A stretch of 41,998 bases of DNA from Longimicrobium sp. Lineage in GTDB: Bacteria > Gemmatimonadota > Gemmatimonadetes > Longimicrobiales > Longimicrobiaceae. The DNA lies in NCBI RefSeq assembly GCF_036280135.1, contig NZ_DASURI010000399.1, positions 1 through 41,998 on the forward strand, in the 5' to 3' direction. The notes below the pieces were generated by a model that had not been told where the DNA came from, made no database searches, and saw only the letters and a program-made list of their open reading frames with translations. A program made the translations under genes and the position numbers. Positions 34,412-41,998 of this stretch are shown in pieces. Position 1 is the stretch's first letter, and every line of letters begins with the position of its first letter.

Positions 34412-35128
34412 ATGGCTGTTCAGAGGAACGTCCCGACCCCGACCGCCGATTCGACCACCGAGACTCTGCCCAGCCGTACCGGGCCCGGCCTGGAGTCCTA
34501 CGTGCTCCCGATCGGGGCCGGCTACACCTGGAGCGGTGACGAGGGCAGCTTCTTCCACGCCTGCAACGCGACGGTGGGGACCGGGATCGCCGGTCACGCC
34601 GCGCCGGTCGTGGCCGACACCGACACCAAGGCGCTGTTGCACGTCTACAACGGCGGCACCAAGACGATCATCCCGGTCTATCTCAACCTGGAGTTCACGG
34701 CCATCGGTGCCGGCGGCACGCTGTCGTACAACGTGGTCTACATCGACGACAAAAACGCGACCGCTCGCAGTTCGGGCGGGACCGCGATCACGCCGGTGTG
34801 CACCAACTCCGAGGGCTCGAACACCACGGGCGCCACGATCCACTTCGGGGCGGTTGTCACCGCCATGACCTCGAGCCGCAAGGTGTTCTCCCAGGCGTGC
34901 CGCGAGGTGATCCCGGTCGTGGAGGACCAGATCACGGTTTTCTTCGGCTCGCCCAACGGCGGGATGTTGTCCGGCCTGACCACGGCCGGCACCGCCACGG
35001 CGAACATCGTGCAGTATGCGCCGCCGATCGCGATCCGCCCGGGCGGCAACTTCAACTTCGCGCGCATCCGCGCCTCGCAGTCGGGCGCGGACTCGTACAG
35101 CTTCTCGTTCGGGTACATCGAGCGCTAG
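34412..35128 (+). CDS. Virion structural protein
   Basis: Beta-rich, in the head operon. Confidence 0.6.
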   Translation: MAVQRNVPTPTADSTTETLPSRTGPGLESYVLPIGAGYTWSGDEGSFFHACNATVGTGIAGHAAPVVADTDTKALLHVYNGGTKTIIPVYLNLEFTAIGAGGTLSYNVVYIDDKNATARSSGGTAITPVCTNSEGSNTTGATIHFGAVVTAMTSSRKVFSQACREVIPVVEDQITVFFGSPNGGMLSGLTTAGTATANIVQYAPPIAIRPGGNFNFARIRASQSGADSYSFSFGYIER

Positions 35129-35132
35129 CCCG

Positions 35133-35582
35133 ATGCCCGCTACCGTGACGCTCAGCACGACGGAGCTTGTCGAGGCCGTCGGACCGTCTGACGGTGCGGT
35201 GAAGCTGGCGTCCACTTCGGGGCTGTTCGCCGGCTATCGGCTGTTCCTGGAGGGGGAGTCGATGGAGGTGATCAGCCTCGGAGTGGATTCGTGGGTGAAC
35301 GTGCGCCGGGGCGTGGACGGCACGAAGGGAGTGCCCCACGCCTCGGGCGGCACGATCTACATCGGCCAGCCGCATCAGTTCTACAGCCAGGACCCGACCG
35401 GCCGGCCGCCGGCCGTGATCCCGGTCTCGCCGTACATCAACGTCGTGAATGGGTCCCTGTGGTTCGCTCAGGGGGATGCGTTGCCCACGGCCACGCGGTG
35501 GTGGCAGCGTCAGACCACGACGCACGGGGTCGGCGCCCTGGGCGTGCGCACCACGACCCTCGATCCCACGTCGAGCACGTAA
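35133..35582 (+). CDS. Virion structural protein, paralogous to the N-domain of 33758..34399
   Basis: Shared TT.L..AV...AS.TG...E.M.V...VRRG..GT..V.H pattern. Confidence 0.6.
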   Translation: MPATVTLSTTELVEAVGPSDGAVKLASTSGLFAGYRLFLEGESMEVISLGVDSWVNVRRGVDGTKGVPHASGGTIYIGQPHQFYSQDPTGRPPAVIPVSPYINVVNGSLWFAQGDALPTATRWWQRQTTTHGVGALGVRTTTLDPTSST

Positions 35583-35591
35583 AGGAGTCTC

Positions 35592-36041
35592 ATGGCAGCG
35601 TTCAAGTCCAATTACGAGAAGGAAGTCGAGCGGTGGAACACGCCGCGGAGCCAGGGCGGGATGCGCCCGGACACGTTCCAGGCGTTCCCGGTCATGGTGT
35701 ACCGCGCGCGGCGGCCGGAGCGTGGCGGGCCCTATCTGGTGATCGACCCTCGCGAGGAGGCGTGGAGCATGGGCAACTGCGCCACGGCCAGGAACGAGGA
35801 GGAGCTGGACCGGTATCTCCGCCAGGGGTGGCAGCGCACGCCGGGTGAGGCGATCGAGCACGCCAACCGCGAGGACGAGCGGATTGCGAACGAGGCCGCG
35901 GCTCGGGCGCACTCGGACCGGCGCCTGAGCGAGAAGGCCAAGGGCGAGGCCGCCGAGGCCGACGCCGAGACCGCGGATCACCTGCCGGAGATCCCCGAGA
36001 AGCCCGTGGTGCGTCGAGGGCGGAAGCCCGCCGCGGCGTAA
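35592..36041 (+). CDS. Hypothetical head-region protein
   Basis: AAGGAG RBS. Ends in RRGRKP. Confidence 0.7.
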   Translation: MAAFKSNYEKEVERWNTPRSQGGMRPDTFQAFPVMVYRARRPERGGPYLVIDPREEAWSMGNCATARNEEELDRYLRQGWQRTPGEAIEHANREDERIANEAAARAHSDRRLSEKAKGEAAEADAETADHLPEIPEKPVVRRGRKPAAA

Positions 36042-36047
36042 GGCGCG

Positions 36048-36767
36048 ATGGCGACCCTCTCCGAGCTGGCGGAAGGCGCGCTCCGGCGGCTGGGAGTTCT
36101 GGCCGCCGGGGAGGTCATGTCCGCGGAGGACAGCGCGATTGCGCTCGCCGCGGTCAACAGCCTTCTGGACCAGTGGGCGGGGGAGAGGCTGGTCATCTAC
36201 TCGCCGTCGGTGCGCACCACCTGGACGATCAGCGCGAACTACGGCGAGTACAGCGTCGGCTCCGGCTCGGACATCAACGTCGCGCGCCCGGTGTACATCA
36301 ACGACGTGCGCCTGATCCAGACCACGCCCAATCCCGACCTCGAGACTTCGCTGGTGCGGCTCACCGATCAGGGTTACGCGGACATCGCGGAGAAGGCGGC
36401 CACGGCCACGCTGCCCACGTCCTGGTACTACAACCCCACGTACCCGACCGGGACGCTCAAGCTCTGGCCGGTGCCGACGTCGAGCGCGTTGCAGGGGGCG
36501 CTGTACGCGCCGGGTGCCGTGGCGGAGTTCTCGGCCATGTCCGAGTCGGTGAGCCTGCCGCCGGGCTACCGGCGCATGATCGAGACCAACCTGGCTGTGG
36601 AGCTGGGGCCGATGTTCACCCGGCAGATCCCGGGTGAACTGGCGATGGCCGCGCGCGAGTCGAAGGACACCGTGAAGCGGGCGAACTATCGCATGTCGGA
36701 TCTGTCCTTCGAGGCCGGCGCGCTCGTGGGCGGGGCTCGCTACTTCGACATCAGGACGGGCGAATGA
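36048..36767 (+). CDS. Head-tail adaptor (P22 gp4-like)
   Basis: ALRRLGVLAAGE...NSLLDQW...LPPGY...NLAVEL. Confidence 0.75.
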   Translation: MATLSELAEGALRRLGVLAAGEVMSAEDSAIALAAVNSLLDQWAGERLVIYSPSVRTTWTISANYGEYSVGSGSDINVARPVYINDVRLIQTTPNPDLETSLVRLTDQGYADIAEKAATATLPTSWYYNPTYPTGTLKLWPVPTSSALQGALYAPGAVAEFSAMSESVSLPPGYRRMIETNLAVELGPMFTRQIPGELAMAARESKDTVKRANYRMSDLSFEAGALVGGARYFDIRTGE

Positions 36768-38218
36768 GGCTCCCCGGCTTCGTGGGCCCGTCCTACGTGG
36801 ACCGCAGCTTGACCGCGGACCAAGAGGACACGATCAACCTGTACGTAGAGAAGCTCCAGAGCGAGGGCGCCACGCACAAGTTCGCGCTGCTGCCGTTCGG
36901 CGGCGTAGAGTCCCTGGCGACGCTGGACACGTCCGGGGCGGGCCGGGCGCACTGGTTCGAGGACTCGGAGCAGCGCGAGTTCGCGGTGATCGGGTCTTCC
37001 CTGGTGGAGATCGACCGATTCGGCGCGCTCACGTCGCGCGGCACGGTCGCGGTGGACGCCAACCCGGCCACGATCTGCTCGAACGGGGCCGTCGGTGGGC
37101 AGTTGTTCATCACGAGCGGCGGGAACGGCTACTGCTACGACCTGGGCACGAACACGTTGACGCAGGTCACGGCCTTGGACGGCAAGGCCACTCAGGGCGA
37201 GTTCCTGGACGACTGGTTTTTCGCGCTCGACGCGAACACGGGCACGCTCTACCGATCGGACCTGCTCGACGGCCTGACCTGGACCACGGGAACCAACTTC
37301 GTGCAGCGCTCTCTGGCGCCGGACCCGTGGATCGCCATGAAGAGGCTGAACCGGCTCATGTACCTGTTCGGGGCCGTGACGAGCGAGGTCTGGTACGACG
37401 CTGGGACTACGCCGTTCCCGTTGGCGCCGCACCCGTCCGGCCTGATGTCGCTCGGCGTCGCGGCCCCGTTCAGCGTGGCGCGGTCGAACGATGAGCTGCT
37501 GTGGGTGGGGGCCTCGGACCTGGGCGCGGGGTCGGTGCAGCGCGCGAGCGGATTCCAGCCGCAGCCGGTGGCGACGTACCCGATCGAGATGGCGATTGGG
37601 GGCTACGCCACGATCAGCGACGCGGTCGCGGACACGTACACGGACCAGGGGCACCGGTTCGTCCAGTTCACGTTCCCGAGTGCGGGCGTGACGTGGGTCT
37701 ACAACGCCACCTCGGACACGTGGACGAAGCGCGGAACGTGGATCAGCGAGGACGGCGCCTTTACGCACTGGCGCCCGCGGTGGCACGTGTACGCCTATGG
37801 CGAGCACCGCTGGCTCGACGGGGAGACTCCGGTCGTGTACCGGGCGACGCCCGACCTGACGCTCGACGTGGACAGCCGGCCGATCCGGTACGTGCGGCGC
37901 GCGCCGGCCCTGACGAACGAGAACGAGCGCGTGTTCTATAGCTCCGTCGAGGCCGAGCTGGAGCGTGGCGTCGGCACGACCACGGGCCAGGGCGAGAATC
38001 CGCAGGTGATGCTGCGGATTTCGAACGACGGCGGGAAGACGTGGGGGCCCGAGATGTGGCGCTCGGCGGGCAAGATCGGTGAGTACGGTAAGCGCGTGCG
38101 GTGGAACCGGATGGGCGCCGCGCGGCGGCGCGTGTACGAGCTGGTCCTGACGGACCCGGTCGGGCTCAAGCTGATGGACCTGTACGTCGAGATGGCGCAG
38201 CAACCGAGGGCGGCATGA
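36764..38218 (+). CDS. Tail hub / DNA stabilization protein (P22 gp10-like)
   Basis: VMLRISNDGGKTWG...GKIGEYGKRVRWNRMG..R.RVYE. Confidence 0.85.
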   Translation: MRLPGFVGPSYVDRSLTADQEDTINLYVEKLQSEGATHKFALLPFGGVESLATLDTSGAGRAHWFEDSEQREFAVIGSSLVEIDRFGALTSRGTVAVDANPATICSNGAVGGQLFITSGGNGYCYDLGTNTLTQVTALDGKATQGEFLDDWFFALDANTGTLYRSDLLDGLTWTTGTNFVQRSLAPDPWIAMKRLNRLMYLFGAVTSEVWYDAGTTPFPLAPHPSGLMSLGVAAPFSVARSNDELLWVGASDLGAGSVQRASGFQPQPVATYPIEMAIGGYATISDAVADTYTDQGHRFVQFTFPSAGVTWVYNATSDTWTKRGTWISEDGAFTHWRPRWHVYAYGEHRWLDGETPVVYRATPDLTLDVDSRPIRYVRRAPALTNENERVFYSSVEAELERGVGTTTGQGENPQVMLRISNDGGKTWGPEMWRSAGKIGEYGKRVRWNRMGAARRRVYELVLTDPVGLKLMDLYVEMAQQPRAA

Positions 38219-38685
38219 ATCAAGCCGGTCTTCCGAAGGACAGAATCGCCGACAGCGGCGGGGCGCTGACGCAGCCGTGGAACCTGTACCTGTCCGACCA
38301 GGCCGAGCAGTTGCTCGCGGCGCCGTCGCTCGTGAAGCTGTACCAGAACACGGGCTTGACGTCCTCGCTCGCGGCGGAGGACCTGGCGAGCGGGGGTGTC
38401 TCGCAGGGCGTGTACATGATCGCCTACGAGGCCCGGATCACAACGGCGGCCGGGGTGTCCAGCTCGCTCCAGCTCTCGTTCTCGTGGACGCGGAACGGAC
38501 AGACTATCACTCAGGCCACTACGGCGTATACGGGGAACAGCACGGGCACGCTCGCCGCGACTGGTTCGCTGATGCCGTTCGTGGACGATTCGACGCCGGT
38601 GACGGTCGCGACGACGTTGAGCACGTCCGGGTCTCCGGCGGCGGTGTACGAGATGGCGGTCGCTCTGATCCGGGTGAGCGCATGA
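38215..38685 (+). CDS. Tail-associated protein
   Basis: ATGA coupling after the gp10-like gene. LTQPWNLYL N-terminus. Confidence 0.6.
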   Translation: MNQAGLPKDRIADSGGALTQPWNLYLSDQAEQLLAAPSLVKLYQNTGLTSSLAAEDLASGGVSQGVYMIAYEARITTAAGVSSSLQLSFSWTRNGQTITQATTAYTGNSTGTLAATGSLMPFVDDSTPVTVATTLSTSGSPAAVYEMAVALIRVSA

Positions 38686-39053
38686 CGACGCGATTGCTGC
38701 CGGCGACGGAATGGGCCCGCCTGGACGGGTGCGGCCTCCAGATCGCTCCGCTCGTGCCGCCGGGCGACGCCGAGGTGGTCGTGGTCGAGGACGGCGGCCG
38801 GATCGTGGGGTGCTTCACCGTGGTCCGGGTGACCTATCTCGAGTCCGTGTGGATCGCGCCCGAGCTGCGCGGCAACGCGGGGATCGTGCGGTCGCTGTAC
38901 CAGCGCGCGTTCAAGCTCGCGGCGAAGTGGGGCCGCTGGGCGCTGGGCGGGGCCGAGGACAGCAATCCGGCCATGGGCGACTACCTGGAGCGGCTGGGCG
39001 CGAAGCCGATCCCGGCGAAGTTCTACGCGGTTCCGTTGGAGGGAGGGCACTAA
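38682..39053 (+). CDS. GNAT-fold protein in the tail module
   Basis: VVVEDGGRIVG...VWIAPELRGNAG...YLERLG. Confidence 0.7.
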   Translation: MTTRLLPATEWARLDGCGLQIAPLVPPGDAEVVVVEDGGRIVGCFTVVRVTYLESVWIAPELRGNAGIVRSLYQRAFKLAAKWGRWALGGAEDSNPAMGDYLERLGAKPIPAKFYAVPLEGGH

Positions 39054-39529
39054 TGCCGGCAGCGGCAGTCATTCCGGCGGTGGCCGGGCTTGCGGGCCAG
39101 GCCATCGGCCTGCACGGGCAGAACAAGGCCGCGAAGCACGCCGCGCGCAGCGAGGCACAGGCGCTCGCGGTCGCGGAGCGGCAGGAGGCCGAGCGGAAGG
39201 CCGAGCGCGCGCAGCGCATGGAGATGTTCCAGCAGGCCATGGCCGACTACCGGAACCGCTCCGGGGCGCTCCAGGGCATGACCCTGGGCATGCTTGGCGG
39301 GGCCGGGTTTGGCATGGGCGGCCGCTTCTCCACCCCGGCCGACGTGGGCCGCGCTCCGGTGCCGATGCCGCCGATGGACGCGCCCGCGCCGGGTGGGATG
39401 CCTGGCGGGATGCCGGGCGGGATGGGCGGGGCTGGCGTGCCGGAGGTGCCGTCGGCTGGCATGGGCGGGCCCGGGATGATGGCCGGCGACACGCTCGCCA
39501 CGCTGGGACGCCGCAGGGGCCGCTACTAG
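39053..39529 (+). CDS. Putative ejection protein (gp7-like N-terminus)
   Basis: Hydrophobic Ala/Gly start, KAAK.AA..Q, Met/Gly/Pro-rich tail. Confidence 0.6.
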   Translation: MPAAAVIPAVAGLAGQAIGLHGQNKAAKHAARSEAQALAVAERQEAERKAERAQRMEMFQQAMADYRNRSGALQGMTLGMLGGAGFGMGGRFSTPADVGRAPVPMPPMDAPAPGGMPGGMPGGMGGAGVPEVPSAGMGGPGMMAGDTLATLGRRRGRY

Positions 39530-39561
39530 GAGCCGGGCAAGGTGAGGGTCCAGGCGATCCG

Positions 39562-39608
39562 CGATCGGGCCTGCGCCACGCGTTCCCACGCGTGCGTGGG
39601 GCCGTCTG
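39562..39608 (+). repeat. Dispersed ~45-bp element, copy 3 (intergenic)
   Basis: Core ACGCGTTCCCACGCGT at 39578-39593. Confidence 0.85.
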
Positions 39609-39625
39609 CGGGGAGGATCTGAGGC

Positions 39626-41011
39626 ATGGCCGGGATCCCGTCGTGGGAGGTGTGGGTCAAGGAGAACTATCCCGACATCGACCCGACCGAGCCGGGGATC
39701 GCCGGAGCCGCGCATCGCGACCCGGCCCGGCCGCCCGAGGTCGAGGGCTGGGAGGACACGCCCGAGGGGCAGGTCTACAAGGCCGCGCACCGGAAGCGTC
39801 AGGCGTGGTTCGCGGCGCACAACCAATGGCTGGACCTGTTCACGAAGAGCGGCCAGCGGCCCAGCGAGCAGGGGATCTTCGACAAGAAGGAGCACGGGCA
39901 GTCGATCTTCCGCGGCTGGGATCAGAACTGGGACAGCGTCCAGAACGATCCGCTGGCGAAGGCGTTCCAGGCCGACCCCAACTTTCAGGGCTTCGTCAAC
40001 GCGTATGAGCACCCGTGGGTCGCGTTCGACAACTGGAAGCGGCTGCGGCAGCAGCAGAAGCAGTTCAACCCGCAGTCGAGCAGCGACCTTCAGCGGCTCC
40101 CGGGCGGCGGCTTCTTCGACACGGTCGGCGGTGGCGAGAATCGGAAGCCGGTCTTCTTCGACCAGTTCGGGCGCGAGACCAGCCTCGGCGGCTTGGCTGC
40201 GCCGGGTGGCGGGGGGTCGTACACGTTCGGCGGCGGGCAGTTCCCGCGGCAGAGTCAGGGCGGCGTAGGTTCCGGCGGCGTCTTCCGGGACGACACGACG
40301 GCGCCGGTTACCGGAGGTGGAGGGATGGCGAGCAACACGGCCGGATTCGATCCGTTTGACGAGGAGCGCAGGCGCCGGCGTGGCCTGCCTGGGCCGCAGG
40401 GCTTCAGCGGCGAGAGTGGTGGTGTGCCTGGGGCGCCGGCTCCGCAGCCGGGCCCGCGGCCCTCCGCTCCGGCCCCGGGCGCCATGGGCGGGATCACGCC
40501 GTACTACCAGCCGACCGGCTTCTCCATCCCGGGCTTCGGCGGGGCCATGTCTCCGAGCTTCAACTTCGACGCGATCCCGACGTTCGACGCGCCGGACTAC
40601 GAGGCGCCGACCGCCGTCACGATGCAGAACGACCCGGGCTTCCAGTTCCGGCTCCAGCAGGGGCGGGACGCGCTCGAGGCCAGCGCGGCGGCGCGCGGCG
40701 TCCTGCGCAGCGGCGGGACGCTCCAGGACATCGTGAAGTACGGACAGGACCTGGCGTCACAGGAATTCCAGAACGTGAACGACCGGTACAACCAGGGCTT
40801 CGACCGGCGCCTCGCCGCGGCGCGCGCCGAGTTCGATCCCAAGTTCGCCGGCTGGCAGACGCTCACGAACGCGGAGCTTCAGCGAGGCATGGGGGCTTTC
40901 AACCGCGAGTTCGACGTGTACCAGCTCATGCAGCAGCTCTACCCGCAGTGGTTCCAAATCATCAACGGACAGGCGGGTGAAGCGCCGCGGCCGAGCGACT
41001 TCGGGCTGTAG
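39626..41011 (+). CDS. DNA ejection/transfer protein
   Basis: DPGFQFRLQQG..ALEASAAARG.LRSG.TL....YGQ.LASQEF motif of podovirus DNA-transfer proteins. Confidence 0.75.
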   Translation: MAGIPSWEVWVKENYPDIDPTEPGIAGAAHRDPARPPEVEGWEDTPEGQVYKAAHRKRQAWFAAHNQWLDLFTKSGQRPSEQGIFDKKEHGQSIFRGWDQNWDSVQNDPLAKAFQADPNFQGFVNAYEHPWVAFDNWKRLRQQQKQFNPQSSSDLQRLPGGGFFDTVGGGENRKPVFFDQFGRETSLGGLAAPGGGGSYTFGGGQFPRQSQGGVGSGGVFRDDTTAPVTGGGGMASNTAGFDPFDEERRRRRGLPGPQGFSGESGGVPGAPAPQPGPRPSAPAPGAMGGITPYYQPTGFSIPGFGGAMSPSFNFDAIPTFDAPDYEAPTAVTMQNDPGFQFRLQQGRDALEASAAARGVLRSGGTLQDIVKYGQDLASQEFQNVNDRYNQGFDRRLAAARAEFDPKFAGWQTLTNAELQRGMGAFNREFDVYQLMQQLYPQWFQIINGQAGEAPRPSDFGL

Positions 41012-41020
41012 GAGGGCGTC

Positions 41021-41998
41021 GTGTACGAGGATGGCGGCTTTCGAATCGCGGACCTGATCATGCGGCAGGGTGCGTCCCGGGCCGAGGCCGCGGCGCGCAA
41101 GTTCGCCATGATCGGGCAGGGCGTCGCGGACCTGGGGCAGAACGTGGGCGGGATCCTTCAGGCCCGGGACGAGCAGCGGGCCACGTCGAAGCGCGCGGCG
41201 GCGACCGCGGCGCTGTTCTCTGGCGAGGGCCCGCCGGACCCGAAGCGGGTGCTCGCTGTCCTCGGTCCGGAGCACGGCGCGAAGGTCATCGATGCGATGG
41301 GCTCGTTCCAGAAGATCCAGCAGGCCCAGGCGCAGCAGGTCCAGCTCGACGAGAAGCAGGCGACCGAGGAATTCGGCAAGCTGGCGCACGGCTTCTCCAG
41401 CCTGCCGCCCGAGGTGCAGGCGCAGCTCTATCCTGCTGTGAGCGGTCTGGCGCGGCGCAGCGGCAAGTTCCCGGAGATGCCCGAGGAGTTCACGCCCGAG
41501 GTGGCCTCGCAGATCGGGGCCTTCGGCCAGGCGTGGTCGGCCGGCTCTCAGAAGCCCGAGGGCTTCACGCTCGCGCCCGGGCAGGTGCGGTTCGGGCCGG
41601 ACGGGCAGCAGATCGCGGCGGCGCCCGCGGCTCCGGAGAAGCCGGCCGGACCGCGCGTGGTCGGGCGCTCGCTCGTGGACGAGAGCGGCAAGGTGATCTA
41701 CCGCGACCCGGAGGCACCGCAGCGCGCGGACGCGGAGCCGCTCGTGGCGATCATGGGCGAGGACGGCTCGCCGGTGCTTGTGCCGCGGTCTCAGGCAGCC
41801 GGGAAGCGCCCGGCCAGCAACCGCGAGCAGGGCCGCGCGGTGACCTCGGGTGACGCGAACCGGCTCGCGGATCTGGATACGTCTCTGGACGACATCATCG
41901 CGCTCGAATCCGCCCTGTCCGGATCGCGCGCGACCGGCGCGACGGCCCGGGCCGGGGCCATGCTGCCGGATTTCGTCACGGAGCTGACCGGGCTGGGC
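41021..41998 (+). CDS. N-terminal part of a putative ejection protein (not in ORF track; runs off the end)
   Basis: GGAGG RBS then GTG 41021. 326 open codons including FTLAPGQVRFGPDGQQIA. Continues at base 5. Confidence 0.75.
   Translation, partial: MYEDGGFRIADLIMRQGASRAEAAARKFAMIGQGVADLGQNVGGILQARDEQRATSKRAAATAALFSGEGPPDPKRVLAVLGPEHGAKVIDAMGSFQKIQQAQAQQVQLDEKQATEEFGKLAHGFSSLPPEVQAQLYPAVSGLARRSGKFPEMPEEFTPEVASQIGAFGQAWSAGSQKPEGFTLAPGQVRFGPDGQQIAAAPAAPEKPAGPRVVGRSLVDESGKVIYRDPEAPQRADAEPLVAIMGEDGSPVLVPRSQAAGKRPASNREQGRAVTSGDANRLADLDTSLDDIIALESALSGSRATGATARAGAMLPDFVTELTGLG

Larger units (their letters stand above)
1..41998. mobile_element. Temperate P22-like podovirus genome, apparently complete and circular (unintegrated form)
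   Basis: Full set of integrase, repressor, replication, lysis, terminase, portal, coat and tail genes. Intact attP beside int. The ends join in frame. Confidence 0.9.

Overview
The window looks like an essentially complete, circularly permuted genome (~42 kb, very GC-rich) of a temperate podovirus with a P22-like virion module. The ORF running off the right end continues in frame at the left end through a 4-nt GGGC overlap. Gene order: DNA-ejection proteins and a glycine-rich tail fibre; two exported proteins; an attP made of the 3' half of tRNA-Lys(CTT); tyrosine integrase; XRE repressor and divergent Xis/Cro-like gene; early, recombination and replication genes (SSB-like, DUF5131/Gp37-Gp68, initiator, loader-like, NinB/NinG-like); a ~6.4 kb array of small accessory ORFs; DnaB; M15 endolysin and membrane proteins; TerS, TerL, portal, scaffold, coat and tail genes. 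Four signals are not explained by these genes. (1) A ~400-nt non-coding locus (9710-10121) of abutting long-stem RNA domains whose single-stranded parts are complementary to an upstream segment and to the next gene's start region, resembling C4/CI antisense immunity RNAs but multi-domain. (2) A ~45-bp element with the invariant core ACGCGTTCCCACGCGT, present three times at near-equal thirds of the circle. (3) Accessory genes and protein modules bounded by short direct repeats. (4) An exported-protein operon that integration would place directly downstream of the host tRNA. All product calls come from motif recognition by eye; no searches were run, and the host cannot be determined from the sequence.
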